From: Azolla caroliniana
Lineage: Eukaryota > Plantae > Polypodiophyta
NCBI GenBank assembly: GCA_043228905.1
Contig: JBHGNT010000016.1
Coordinates: 14,074,001-14,138,000 of the forward strand
DNA length: 64,000 nucleotides
Reading direction: 5' to 3'
Part shown: positions 11,901 to 23,900 of the stretch, in pieces
Layout: every line of letters begins with the position of its first letter
Position numbering within the stretch: position 1 is the first letter of the stretch
Translations under genes and position numbers: made by a program
The notes under the pieces: model-generated
Seen by the model: the letters and a program-made list of their open reading frames with translations, nothing else
Database searches by the model: none
What the model was told of the DNA's origin: nothing

Positions 11901-14900
11901 AGATCAAGCTATCCTCGTACCGGACAAGGTGATCATGTTCTTGCTGTCAGGAATAGTACTAAAACAGAGATGGAATTAGTACTAAGAACAGCAGTACTAT
12001 TAGTACTAAGAGGACGGGACTGCGTAAGATTCCCGAGAGAGGAAGTGAGAAGAGGAGAGAGAGAGATAGCGAGAATGAGAGAGAGAGAGAGATGATGACA
12101 ACGGTTATATATTATGTGAAAAGATAAGTACAAGCGGCTAAGAGGCTTAAGACTGGCGTTGAACCAATTTGGTTCAAAACAATGCCTTGTGCCTCCTTTT
12201 ATAGTGTTTTTAGGAATAATCCTGAAGCTTCTAGAATGTTTCAGAGAGATCTGGAATATACATCAATTTTCTATGATAAAGTATAAATGAAAATAATATC
12301 CTACAAAATACAATTCATAATCTAATGGTAAGAGCTCGACCCATGTAGCATAAAGTCATGGGTTCGAGTCTTGCCATGACACTATCTCCCCCTTAAAGGC
12401 GACGAGTGGAACGAGTCGGCGCTAATTGCGGACCTGGTTTGTCCGGATACTTTCGGTGGAAATCAACAAGAAGATCTTGTGCATTGGCAACATTCTCGAC
12501 GGGTTCCCAAGTACGTTCGCTCGGACTATAACCGAGCCAATCGACCAAGTAATAAAGTTTGTTGCGAACAAGTTTGGAATCGAGGATGGCAGCAACTTCA
12601 TACTCCGGGCCGGCGTCCAACTCCAGCGGGGGCGGCGGTGGTGTCACACGATCGGGAATGGTGTTTGCTTTATAATGTTCAAGAAGAGAACAATGGAAAA
12701 CCGGATGTATCTGAAGCTGCGGAGGGAGATCCAGGCGGAAGGTGACATCATTAATCTTCCCCGTAATACGGAAAGGACCGAGTCGTCGATAATCCAACTT
12801 GTCGCACGGTCGAGTAGTCTTGATGTGACGACGTAAGAGCCATACTCGATCTCCGATGGCAAAAGAGGAGGGAATCCGATGACGATCCGCATAAGTCTTC
12901 TGTGTGTGTTGAGCATGACGAAGGTGAGTAGAGAGATCCATCTGGATCTTGCGTAGCCTCTCCAAATGGTCCTCGGCACGAGGGTTGGTAGGTAGCTCCG
13001 GAGTGTCGATCACCGACCAGCGAGGATGGAAACCGGTATAAGCGAGAAATGGGGAGACCCGAGTCGAGGAGTGAATAGCATTATTATACGCAAACTCCGC
13101 AAAGTGGAGAATCTCAGCCCAATCGTCCTGTTGATAACTCAGGAAACACCGGAGATATTGCTCCAACGTTTGGTTTGTTCGTTCCGCCTGTCCGTCAGTT
13201 TGAGGATGGTAGCCGGAGGAGAGGTTGCAGGAGACCTTGAGCATCCTGAAGAGATGCTGCCAAAATTTGGAGACAAATTGCGGGCCTCGGTCACTGATAA
13301 TACTGTCTGGTAGGCCATGATGCCGAAATACCTCACGCATAACAAGAGCGGCAGTTTCCTCGCTAGTGATGGCTTTAGTACATGGCACAAAATGTGCCAT
13401 CTTCGTATATCGATCGACGACGGTTAGGATAGCATCGAACCCCTTCGAGACCGGCAGATCTGTGATAAAATCAAGACAAATAGACTGCCATGGCTTACTT
13501 GGAATTGGTAAAGGTTCCAACAAGCCATATGGATGGTGTCGTGGCATCTTTGCTCGGCAGCAAGCATCACAGGTCCGAACGTAGTCGTCGACAAAACGGC
13601 GCATGTGGGGCCACCAAAAAGATCGCTGCACTAACTCCAACGTCTTGGTACTACCGAAATGTCCCGCCGTATGAGTGTCGTGACAATGTTGGACGATTTG
13701 AAGGCGACAGGAGCAATCGGGGACATATACGCGCTTTTTAAAGAATAACAAACCATCATGATATTCGAATTGTCGGTAGTCAATACCTGGTTGTTGAGAC
13801 TGAGAACAGGATGCCCGAGAAGTATCAATGTGCGCCAGGATGTCTTGAGCAAAACTATCCGTCTTCAAGGTTGCACGTATGTCATCGGTAATCCGTGAAT
13901 CCATCGGGGTGTGAAAAATCCGCGTCGTGTGCAATCGTGTTGGTCCCAAGATTACTTGCTTTTGATTATCAAATGTTGCGTCACCAGGACGAGGTGCAAG
14001 ATATGAACGCCGTGATAGTGCATCTGCTTTTCCTTGCTGCTTCCCCGGTCGATATGTGATTTCGAAGTTGAAACGCGTGAGGAATTGCGCCCACCGAGCT
14101 TGTCGTCGATTTAGTACACGAGCGTTCTGAAAATAAGCAAGATTTTTATGATCGCTAAAGACAATGACCTGATGTGGAGAGCCCTCTAAGAAATGCCGCC
14201 ATTGTACAAATGAATCCACGATGGCTAATAACTCCTTGTCATGTATTTCGTAGTTGATTTCTGCGACATTGAATTTGCGCGAATGGAAAGCCACCGGATG
14301 CAACTCTTCTTTATCGCCTTGTTGAGAAAGGATGCTACCGAGGGCGAAATCTGATGCGTCGGCCTCCATGATGAATGGTTTGCTTGTATCCACATGAGCT
14401 AGAATCGGTGCTGATGTAAAGGCTTTCTTAAGATGCCGAAAAGCCATATCTGCTTCGATGGACCAAAGAAATGCTTGGCCCTTCTTCGTAAGTTGTGTGA
14501 GAGGTAAAATAATCTTCGAGTAATCCTGTATAAACTTACGGTAGAAGTTAGCAAAGCCTAGAAAACATTGTACATCTCGTACCGACCGTGGAATTTGCCA
14601 CTCTAATACAGTTTGGATTTTAGCTGGATCCATGGCGATGCCCTTTGAGGAGATGACGTAGCCTAGAAATTCCACTTGCTTGCAGTCAAAGCTACATTTC
14701 TCTAGCTTGGCATAAAGACCATTCTCGCGGAGTCGCTTTAGTACTAATAGTACATGAGAATCGTGCTCTTCTTGGGTCTTCGAATAAATCAACAAATCAT
14801 CCAGATAAATGATCAAACAGATATCCAAGAGGTCTCTGAATATATCATTTGCCATGTGTTGGAAGACTGCGGGTGCATTGGTTAGGCCAAACGGCATAAC

Positions 14901-17900
14901 AATATACTCGAAATGCCCATACCGCGTGCGAAAAGCGGTCTTCCACTCATCTCCCGGTCGGATCCGCACGAGATTATACGCTCCTCATAGGTCGATTTTA
15001 GTAAAAAACTTGGCACCATTAACTCGCTCTAAAAGACTTGATATAAGAGGAAGTGCATACCTATTCTGGATGGTGACTTTATTCAATCCGCGGTAATCAA
15101 CGACAAGACGAAGTGAGCCATCTTTCTTCTTGACAAAGAAGATGGGTGCACCGGCCGGAGATTTCGAATGACGGATGAACCCGCTTGCCAAGTTCTCCTC
15201 TATGTAGGCTCGAAGGACTTCTAACTCGGTGGGTGACAAGTTGTAAATTGGTCCCCATGGTGGCTCGGTTCCTGGTTGTAAATCGATGGGACAGTCATAG
15301 GGACGGTGATGCGGAAGGGTACCGGCTTTTACCTTGTCAAATACATCGGCATAAGGATGATATTTTGCCGGAAGTTGTATTGAGAAGTCCTTCTTAATAG
15401 TGCTAGAAGGATGTACTGATATGGCAAATAGGAACATTGCCTCCTTGGGTCCTTCTTCGCGTAGTTGATGGAGTGAAATGGTCGAAACTCGGTGAGTTGA
15501 TTCTTGGGGTGGTCGATATCGGACTTCTCTTGTTCTCCAATCTATGGCTGGATTATGTAATTCAAGCCAAGGTAATCCTATGACAATGGGATGCTCTGGA
15601 CTACTAATTATATTAAATGATATTATACACACAAAACTACCTAGGACAACTTGAATGGGTTCTGATTCTTCTACAATATTCCCGGAAGCAATGGGACGAC
15701 CATCAATGACCACTACAGATGCGGGACAAGGAAGTTTTCTTAAGGATATCTGAGAAGCTTGGGCAAAATTTCGATCCATGAAACAGGAATTAGCTCCGGA
15801 ATCTAAAAGTGCTAGGACGGGTACTGGGGGAGTACTTTTAGTACTAACAATGACTTGGGCTAGGAACACATTGCTAACTTGCTTGGAAGGAATGGAACCA
15901 CTAATGGGCTGTACAGATCTAGGGCTGCTGTCCAACCAAATGGCTCCTATTTTGGCTGGACTCAATCGTTTAACTCTTCATCTAATTGACTAAGGATTTC
16001 AAATTTATTTGAGATACTTGGGCTATTAGTACTATGAATACTATCTGACACTCTATTAGTACTATTAATACTATCAGACACTCCGAAGGGAAGAATTGAC
16101 TCGGGTTTAGTACAGGCGACGATTTGATTTACCTGTCTTCTTGGCCTATGGGGACAATTGATGGCGATATGTCCTGGTCCACCGCAATAAAGACATAATC
16201 GATTGGCACGTCGTCGTTGCTTTTCTTCTTCCGATAACGGGCCGCGTCGACGCATGGTATCGATCTCCATCGGTGTCGAAGTATTTGCTTGAGGTATGTC
16301 TCGTGCAAACGGTTTAGCCACGACTGCGGCGTAAGTGGGCTCTGGCCTAGAGCGTGGTATCTGTAATTGACGTTTTGAACGCCGTTCAAAAAGGCGGTTG
16401 TCACATCGAACTGCTCGACTGATTGCCTCCGTAAGAGACTTTGGTTCTTCGGGGAAAGTTAGAAGTAGATCTTTGACATCGTTTCGCAAGCCATAGCGAA
16501 ACTGCTCCATTAATGCTTGATCATCCCAGGGTATATCTGAAGCAAGTAGGCGGAAATCCGCCGCGTAGGCAGAGGCTGGACGATCGCCTTGACGCAATCG
16601 TCGGATCTTGTTGATCGTCGTCCTGATGCTGTCAGTGTCTCCAAAGCAGGCTTTAAACTCACCAATAAAATCTTCAAAGTTATTAAGTAAGGGTGATTGT
16701 TTTTCTAGAAGCGGAGCAAACCATGCCAAGGCTGAGCCGCTAAGTAGCGTGCCTATTAGGCCGACTCGAGATGCATCAGTGGGATATCGGGAAGGATGCA
16801 TCTGGATGACTAAGCGTACCTGATTAAGGAATCCCCGGAATTGCGAACGCGTTCCATCAAATTTCACAGGAAGTCCAATCTTGGGCTCTTTATGAAATCC
16901 TTGGGGACTGGATCCTTGTTGTTGCAACGCTGCTTCGAGTTGTTGTACCCGTAACGCTAACTCCCCATGTTGTTGTTGCGTTTGTTGTTTTTCCAGAGCG
17001 ATTTGTTGCAGATCCCCTATCAGCTGTTGGTTTTCTTGTTCCAGGGCAACAAACTTTTCTTTTAGGCACTGTAGCTCGGAGAAAACGGATTGGTATTCTT
17101 GGGCGCTAACAGTAGCCATAGTATAGGGAAAAGGGTAGGAGGATGAGGGAGAGTGACAAGTAGGCTAGAGGGAAAAATTGGTTCAAACTGTCAGGAATAG
17201 TACTAAAACAGAGATGGAATTAGTACTAAGAACAGCAGTACTATTAGTACTAAGAGGACGGGACTGCGTAAGATTCCCGAGAGAGGAAGTGAGAAGAGGA
17301 GAGAGAGAGATAGCGAGAATGAGAGAGAGAGAGAGATGATGACAGCGGTTATATATTATGTGAAAAGATAAGTACAAGCGGCTAAGAGGCTTAAGACTGG
17401 CGTTGAACCAATTTGGTTCAAAACAATGCCTTGTGCCTCCTTTTATAGTGCTTTTAGGAATAATCCTGAAGCTTCTAGAATATTCCAGAGAGATCTGGAA
17501 TATACATCAATTTTCTATGATAAAGTATAAATGAAAATAATATCCTACAAAATACAATTCATAATCTAATGGTAAGAGCTCGACCCATGTAGCATAAAGT
17601 CATGGGTTCGAGTCTTGCCATGACACTTGCGAGCTGTGGACGTCCGGGAACCGAAAGATCTCGGAGTCCTCTTGGAGGACACGACCGCGGAGAGTGGCCT
17701 CACTGAAACATGGGAAAGTGTGCGGGATATCGTCGCACGATACACGAAGAGGGGGCAATGGCTTGCCAACGAGGAAAAGAGGGTTTCGGAACCGATTCCG
17801 AAACTGAGAACCGGATTGGAAGACCATCAACCGAGGGCTCGGGAGACTACAACCGAGAAGGGGATTGATGCATCTACGGGGGAGCAACTATTGAAGGAGA

Positions 17901-20900
17901 TGGAGAATCTGAAGATCGCGATGGTGAAGAAGTCGGATAACCGCCCCACAAGCTCCAAGTATACGGACCGACGGTGCATATGGTGCGATTGCGCCGAACA
18001 CGATCGGAGGGATTGCGACGAGCATAAGGAGGCGCTACGGCGGGATCTCATCTACTACGAGGGAAACTGGATTCATTCGATGGACTCTCAGAAGCCACTC
18101 CGACCGAACTTCCGGAAAGGCGGCATGAAGAAGGTGCTCGAGGAGGAATTGGCGGCAAGAAGCAACTATGCGACAACCGCGGGAATATGTGTCGGGGAGT
18201 CATCAAGCACAAAGACGTCTTTTTGGCCAGAAGTTCTAGAAAACACCGAGAAAACCGACTCCAATGAGATCCGAAGCACCGCGGAAGGCGTCCGGGAAGC
18301 TATGGGATGGGAGTGCCCTGTCGACAAGAATAGCGTATACGCCCTGTGTCAATTGCATGAGGTGTATGTGGACGAGAAACGACGATGCATGGAGGATGCG
18401 GCCGGGCCATCGAAGATACCGGAAAGCTGGAACTCCGGAGGTAAGGGAAAAGAAAAGGCGACTCCGGCATTCAAGCTCGCCTCGGACATAGAACAACAAA
18501 CCGACTTGAAAAGAGTGTTCGAGGAAAGAATCTTGGATAGCCGGGTAGATTTCTCGCTTCGGGAGCTACTCAGAATAGCAAAGAAGGAGTTCCACGATCT
18601 TCTCGTGGATCTCGTGAAGCGAAAAAGACAAAGTACGGAGGAAAATGCTCCAAGGGTGAATGCGAAGACCGTTTTAATGAACGACACCGAAGTGGAGGAC
18701 GAAATTCCGAACTCCCACTATACAAGGCCACATTGGGCACGTGCGACTACGGAGACTCCGGTCCAAATCGGCAACATCAAAGAACCCGTGCTAGCATTGA
18801 TTGATCACGGATCGGAGATCAACTTGATGTCCAAGGAGTTCCACCGGAAGGGGAAGTGGCCTATTGACACCAACCATGGATGGAAGATTTGGGCGGCCAC
18901 CAAAGCAATGGAAGATCTATTTGCGGCTTGTCCGGATGTGACGGTGAAGATTGGGGATGTCGAGATCGACCAAAATTTCTTCGTGCAAGATGAGGTTTCA
19001 CATTCCGTCATCCTCAGCCAACCCTTTATCACGACATCACGGATGGAGACGAAGGTGCTCGATAGCGGTGCGGCTTTTGCGCGAATTCGGAGCCAAAACG
19101 GTGGGAAATCCGTCCAAATCCTAACGGTGCCGGCAAATCACGAAAGGAACAAGAGGGAACTCTTGTCCCAAGTGAGAATGGATTTTTAAAGCGGACTGTT
19201 GCGGAGTGGGGAAGTGATAGTCCGAGAAGCCCTGATACCCCACACAGGAAGAAAACTCTCGGAGCAAAACATGTATGAATTGGTCCGGATGGGGCATCTA
19301 CGCACATGACCGTAACCGGAGGATTGAAGAAAGGGTATCGACAAGTGGAGGATAAGTTGCGGTTGGCATCAATAATAAAAGAAGATGAAGAAATCGTGGG
19401 GATAGTCGAAGAAGTGTTCTATGGGAGCACGCTACAACGACTTGAAGAGCTTGCAGAAGATAAAAGCCAAGGGAACCGGGTAGTCCCGGTGGAATCGGTC
19501 GAGATGTACGAGATCATTGCGAAAATGGAGCCGGATATGCTCCGCAAAGAAGAAGCAATGGTAAGTACGAAATACAAGACCGTGGAGAAGAAGGTGAAAC
19601 CGGCCGCGGGACCACTACCCACCGATAGCAAACAAAAGAGGAAAGAAGTCTCGGGAGATCCGACACTTCGGAAGTCCGTGGATATCGGACATGCCTTCAC
19701 GGATGAGACCCGGAAGAAACTTCGGATCGGTGGAGGTGGGTTCCTATTACAAAAAGAAGAAGAATGGTTTCGCGAGATGTTGGAGCAACACGACAAAGCG
19801 TTTGCATTTACATCAAGGGAGATAGGGTGCGTCGATCCGAGAATAGTGGAGCCGATGGTGATCTTCACGATTGACCATGTACCGTGGAACCTGATGCCGA
19901 TTCTGGTGCCACGAGCGCATATTCTGAAAGTCATTGACTTGCTCAAGGAGAAGGTGGCGATGGGGATTCTAGAGCCGTCAATTGCTCCGTACTCAAATCG
20001 ATGGTTTACAGTTCCGAAGAAGAATGGGTCACTCCGATTTATCCAAGACTTGCAACCGGTGAATAAGGTCATGATCCAGAACTCGGGAGTCGGTCCGATA
20101 GTGGACGAATTTGCGGAAGCTTTTGCCGGTCGCGCGATATACTCCATCGGAGACCTATACTCGGGGTATGACCAATTCCAACTAGCCGTGGAGAGCCGAG
20201 ACATCACAACCATGCGAACACCGATAGGATTAGTCCGAATGTGCACACTACCACAAGGAGCGACAAACTCGGTTGCTCATATGATGAACACGATGAACAA
20301 GGTGCTTCGAGACTGCATTCCGGAGATAACGATGCCGTTCCTCGATGACATTCCGATGAAAGGATGCGCGGTAGAAGAAAAAGATGAGACTATGGATGAT
20401 CGGGGATGCCGAAAGTTCGTGGTCGACCATATTCATGATTGCGAGAAAGTGTTGCGAAAGCTAGAAGATGTGCGCCTAACACTTTCCGGGGAGAAATCGG
20501 CATTCGGGCAAGAAGAAATATTGGTGGTCGGACATCTATGTGGGCCCTACGTCCGAAGACCATCACCAACAAAGATCGATGCGATTCAAGCTATGGAGGA
20601 AGAATGCGAGTCAACATCCGAAGTCCGAAGGTTTCTCGGTGCATGTACATTCTATCACATATGGATTCCGCACTATGCACATATAGCGGACCCGCTCTAC
20701 CACTTGTTGCGGAAAGGTAAGAAATTCGAATGGAAACTGGAACACACCAAAGCCATGAAGAAATTGAAGAAGACACTTCGGAGGGCGGAAGCACTTAAGA
20801 AGCCGAGCTACGACCGACCGATCATAGTAACGGTTGATACAAGTCCAACCGGTATCGGGTGGGTCATCAATCAAGCCGACTCGGATGGTTCGCGGTATCC

Positions 20901-23900
20901 GATCCGATTCGGAGCAAAGGTTCTTAACGAAAGGCAACGTGGATATGCACAAGTCAAAAGAGAACTGTGGGGAGTCGTGTCGGCGATAAAATCGGATCGG
21001 GATTATTTGATCGGAGCCGAAGTGGTGATCGAGACGGATTGTCTTCCGATACTCGGGATGATGCGGTGTTGTACGATACCGGATGTAGCTATGCTAAGGT
21101 GGGTTGCATATGTCAAGTCGCTTAATCCGGGGGTTCGACACATCTCGGGGAAGGACAATGCGGTAGCAGATATGTTATCAAGGGCTCGGTTCGGAGACGA
21201 CATAACCGAATCAGAAGTTTCCGAAGACTACTTCGCGTCGGAGAACATATGCCGAGTGAACGTAATCCGAGAATTCCGGGAAGAAGAATACGAGAGAGAA
21301 AGCTTGATGATCGGAAAGATGTTACAAGAGGCCGAGGATTCAACAAACGATAAAGGAAGAAGAGCCGAGATCCGAAGGAAGAAGAGGCAAGTCCAAAAGT
21401 TCTTCTTGGAAAACGGATTAATATGGAGGGCGCTGAAAAGACCGGATGGTATACCACTTTGAGTAGTCGGGACAAAAGAGCAACGAAATCGGATAATGTC
21501 GGAGTTTGATGAATCCGATTGGGCTGGACACCGAGGAACATGGGCAACATTTGTGAAGATCAAGCAAAAATATTGGTGGAAGAAAATGTACAAAGATGTC
21601 GCGGAGTTCACGGAAAGTTGCGAGAAATGTCAAGTCTACTCCGGGGTTCGACATCGAGATGAGTTACATCCGACATTCTCACCGACAATCAACTTCAAGT
21701 GGATGGTCGACATAGTGGCCATGCCGACCGGGATCGGACAAAAGAAATACTTGGTATTAGCTCGGGAAGATCTCACGAATAAAGTAGAAGGTCGAGCGCT
21801 TCAGAGGAAAATTGTTCCGCGGTATGCCAATTTCTTTTGGAGGAAGTATTTTGCAGGTACGGGTGCGTAGGACAAGTGATTGCGGACCGGGGAGAACTCG
21901 ACTCGGACAAAGCTAGGGGATTCTTCGCCAAACACGGAGTTTGGTTAACGCTGACAACGGCATACAATCCGGAGGCCAACGGGAAAATCGAATGAGGACA
22001 TAGTCCGATCGTGAAAGCACTTGCGAAGGCATGCGATGGAAAGGTGAAGGACTGGCCGCAGATGCTTCCATATGCACTATGGGCGGATCGGACGACGCAT
22101 AGCTCCGTAACCGGTTACATGCCGACAGAACTCATGACCGGACAAGCACTGGTAATGCCGACGGAAACCACGATCGCAACATAGACAGTGCTACCGTGGA
22201 AGGAAGAGATGAGCCGGGAAGAACTACTAGCGGTCCGGATACGACAACTAGAGGGAAGACCGGCAGACATAGCGGAAGCAATACGCTAACAACAAGAAGC
22301 ACGATTCCGGAACAAAAGCCGGTTCGACACAAAGCACCGACTACGACCGACGAGGATTGAAGAAGGAGATTGGGTGATCGTCTATGACAGTAGCTTGGAC
22401 CATCAACATACATCGATGCGGAAATTCGCGAAAAGGTGGTTCGGGTCATACAAGGTTCGGAAAGTCTTCGACAACAGAACGTACCGACTGTCCGAGTTGG
22501 ATGGAACAATACTACGAGTGCCTATAGCCGGGAAGCGGGTGAAGATTTTCAAGAAGCGGACCGATGGCAAACCCTATGTGATCCAAGCCAAGGCCGACAA
22601 TGAGGAGCAATCGAACGAAGACCACGGTGATGCGGGAAGCGAAGAAAGTGAATTACAACTCATAGTCGACATAAGGGGAGAATCGGAGGAAGCTTTGGGT
22701 GAAGACGGATATGAGGAATCGAGAACTTCGGCACATACCGAAGGATGTGCGGGTTCGGAGGGGGCGAGTGTCGTAGTGTATTCCACACACTACGTGAAAA
22801 CCATAGAATAATATATCCGATTTTAGATACATATAAATAAATAAATAATATATCACGTGCATAGGACAGGATTCGAACCTTGTACCTCCACGTAGATAAA
22901 CCTCAACTTTACCATTGTAATAACTTATCTTTAGTGTTATACATATAGATTTAATACATATAAGACCTTTATTTACACATACCTTTATTTACACATACCT
23001 TTATTAAAAGGTAAAAATCATGTATTCTTTAGGGTGTGAATATTTTATTTACACGTGACATTAAAAGTGACTCATACACATCTAGCGTGCATGAGCCCTA
23101 TATTTAGGAAATGACAAAGCATCACATGCACATTTAGTGTGCATGGACACTTTTGGTGAAAAAGCATGAAGCAATGCTTAGCCTCTTCCATCTTTATATA
23201 AGGAGGAGAGAAATATGTATAAGGTTGTTGATTAATATACAAGGATTGATCAATCTAATATATTCGAGGGATTCATGAATTTTGCCATCTAAATTACTCT
23301 TATAATCTAAATATTGTTTTAAATACACTAAACTCGTGGGATTCATGAGATTGCTATCTTACTTCTCTTTCTACTATTCATAACTAGCCTTAAGTTGTAT
23401 TCCTCTTCCTCCTAGTCCAAAACCTCGGCGGTTCCCACCCGACTCACGCAACGATCCGGAGCCGAAAGGCACGACAACGTCAAGCTATTCAGTGCACGAT
23501 TTGCCTCAATTCTGGGCATTCCGCGGTGGAATGCAATATGTGAATTCCCTGCCCAATTTGTCACTCAAAGGCACACACAATCGAGCAATGTGAATACAAT
23601 ATGATGAACAGACCTACACCCATAGTATGACGCGTAGAACCACAGCAACCACCTCGCCGAAATGATCAAAGGCGCCAAGAGGATCAATCCACGCGACGAC
23701 TGACACTACCATAATCGCCGGAATAACAACAATTCCTATGAAGAGGAGCCGGAGGACAAAGAATATTCGGGCAACCACCGGTATAATAAAGGAGGGCGTC
23801 GTTACGACAACCACTGTTCGACGAACAAGCGTTGTGGATTCAATGGGCCTCGCTCACAAGGAAAGCATCGACAGTATAGGGACCAATGGCATTATGACGA

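Larger units (their letters stand above)
11945..17625 (-). mobile_element. Gypsy C, Tcn1/Tf1-sushi-like chromovirus, nearly intact
   Basis: 437-bp LTRs 11945-12381 and 17189-17625 (about 4 transitions), TSD CTTGC, PPT gggggagatag, non-tRNA PBS. Confidence 0.97.
11461..19189 (+). pseudogene. gag: Gypsy B gag-protease ORF, interrupted by element C (11461-11944 joined to 17631-19189)
   Basis: Frame continues across the C insertion (VIMFL|RAVDV); [14 protein letters not shown] knuckle; protease [10 protein letters not shown]. Confidence 0.9.
10730..23476 (+). mobile_element. Gypsy B, full length, nested in the gag of A
   Basis: LTRs 10730-11421 and 22769-23476 (near identical, 16-bp duplication in the 3' LTR), 4-bp TSD ACGT, PBS tggtgaacccgacgtga, PPT ggagggggcgag. 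Confidence 0.95.

Noticed and set aside
10826-12381. True tRNA genes
   Set aside because: Only A/B-box-like motifs; no convincing acceptor or anticodon stems, and they are duplicated as parts of LTRs
19419-20246. 275-aa antisense ORF and other antisense ORFs over pol genes
   Set aside because: Shadow frames of RT coding sequence with no independent motifs
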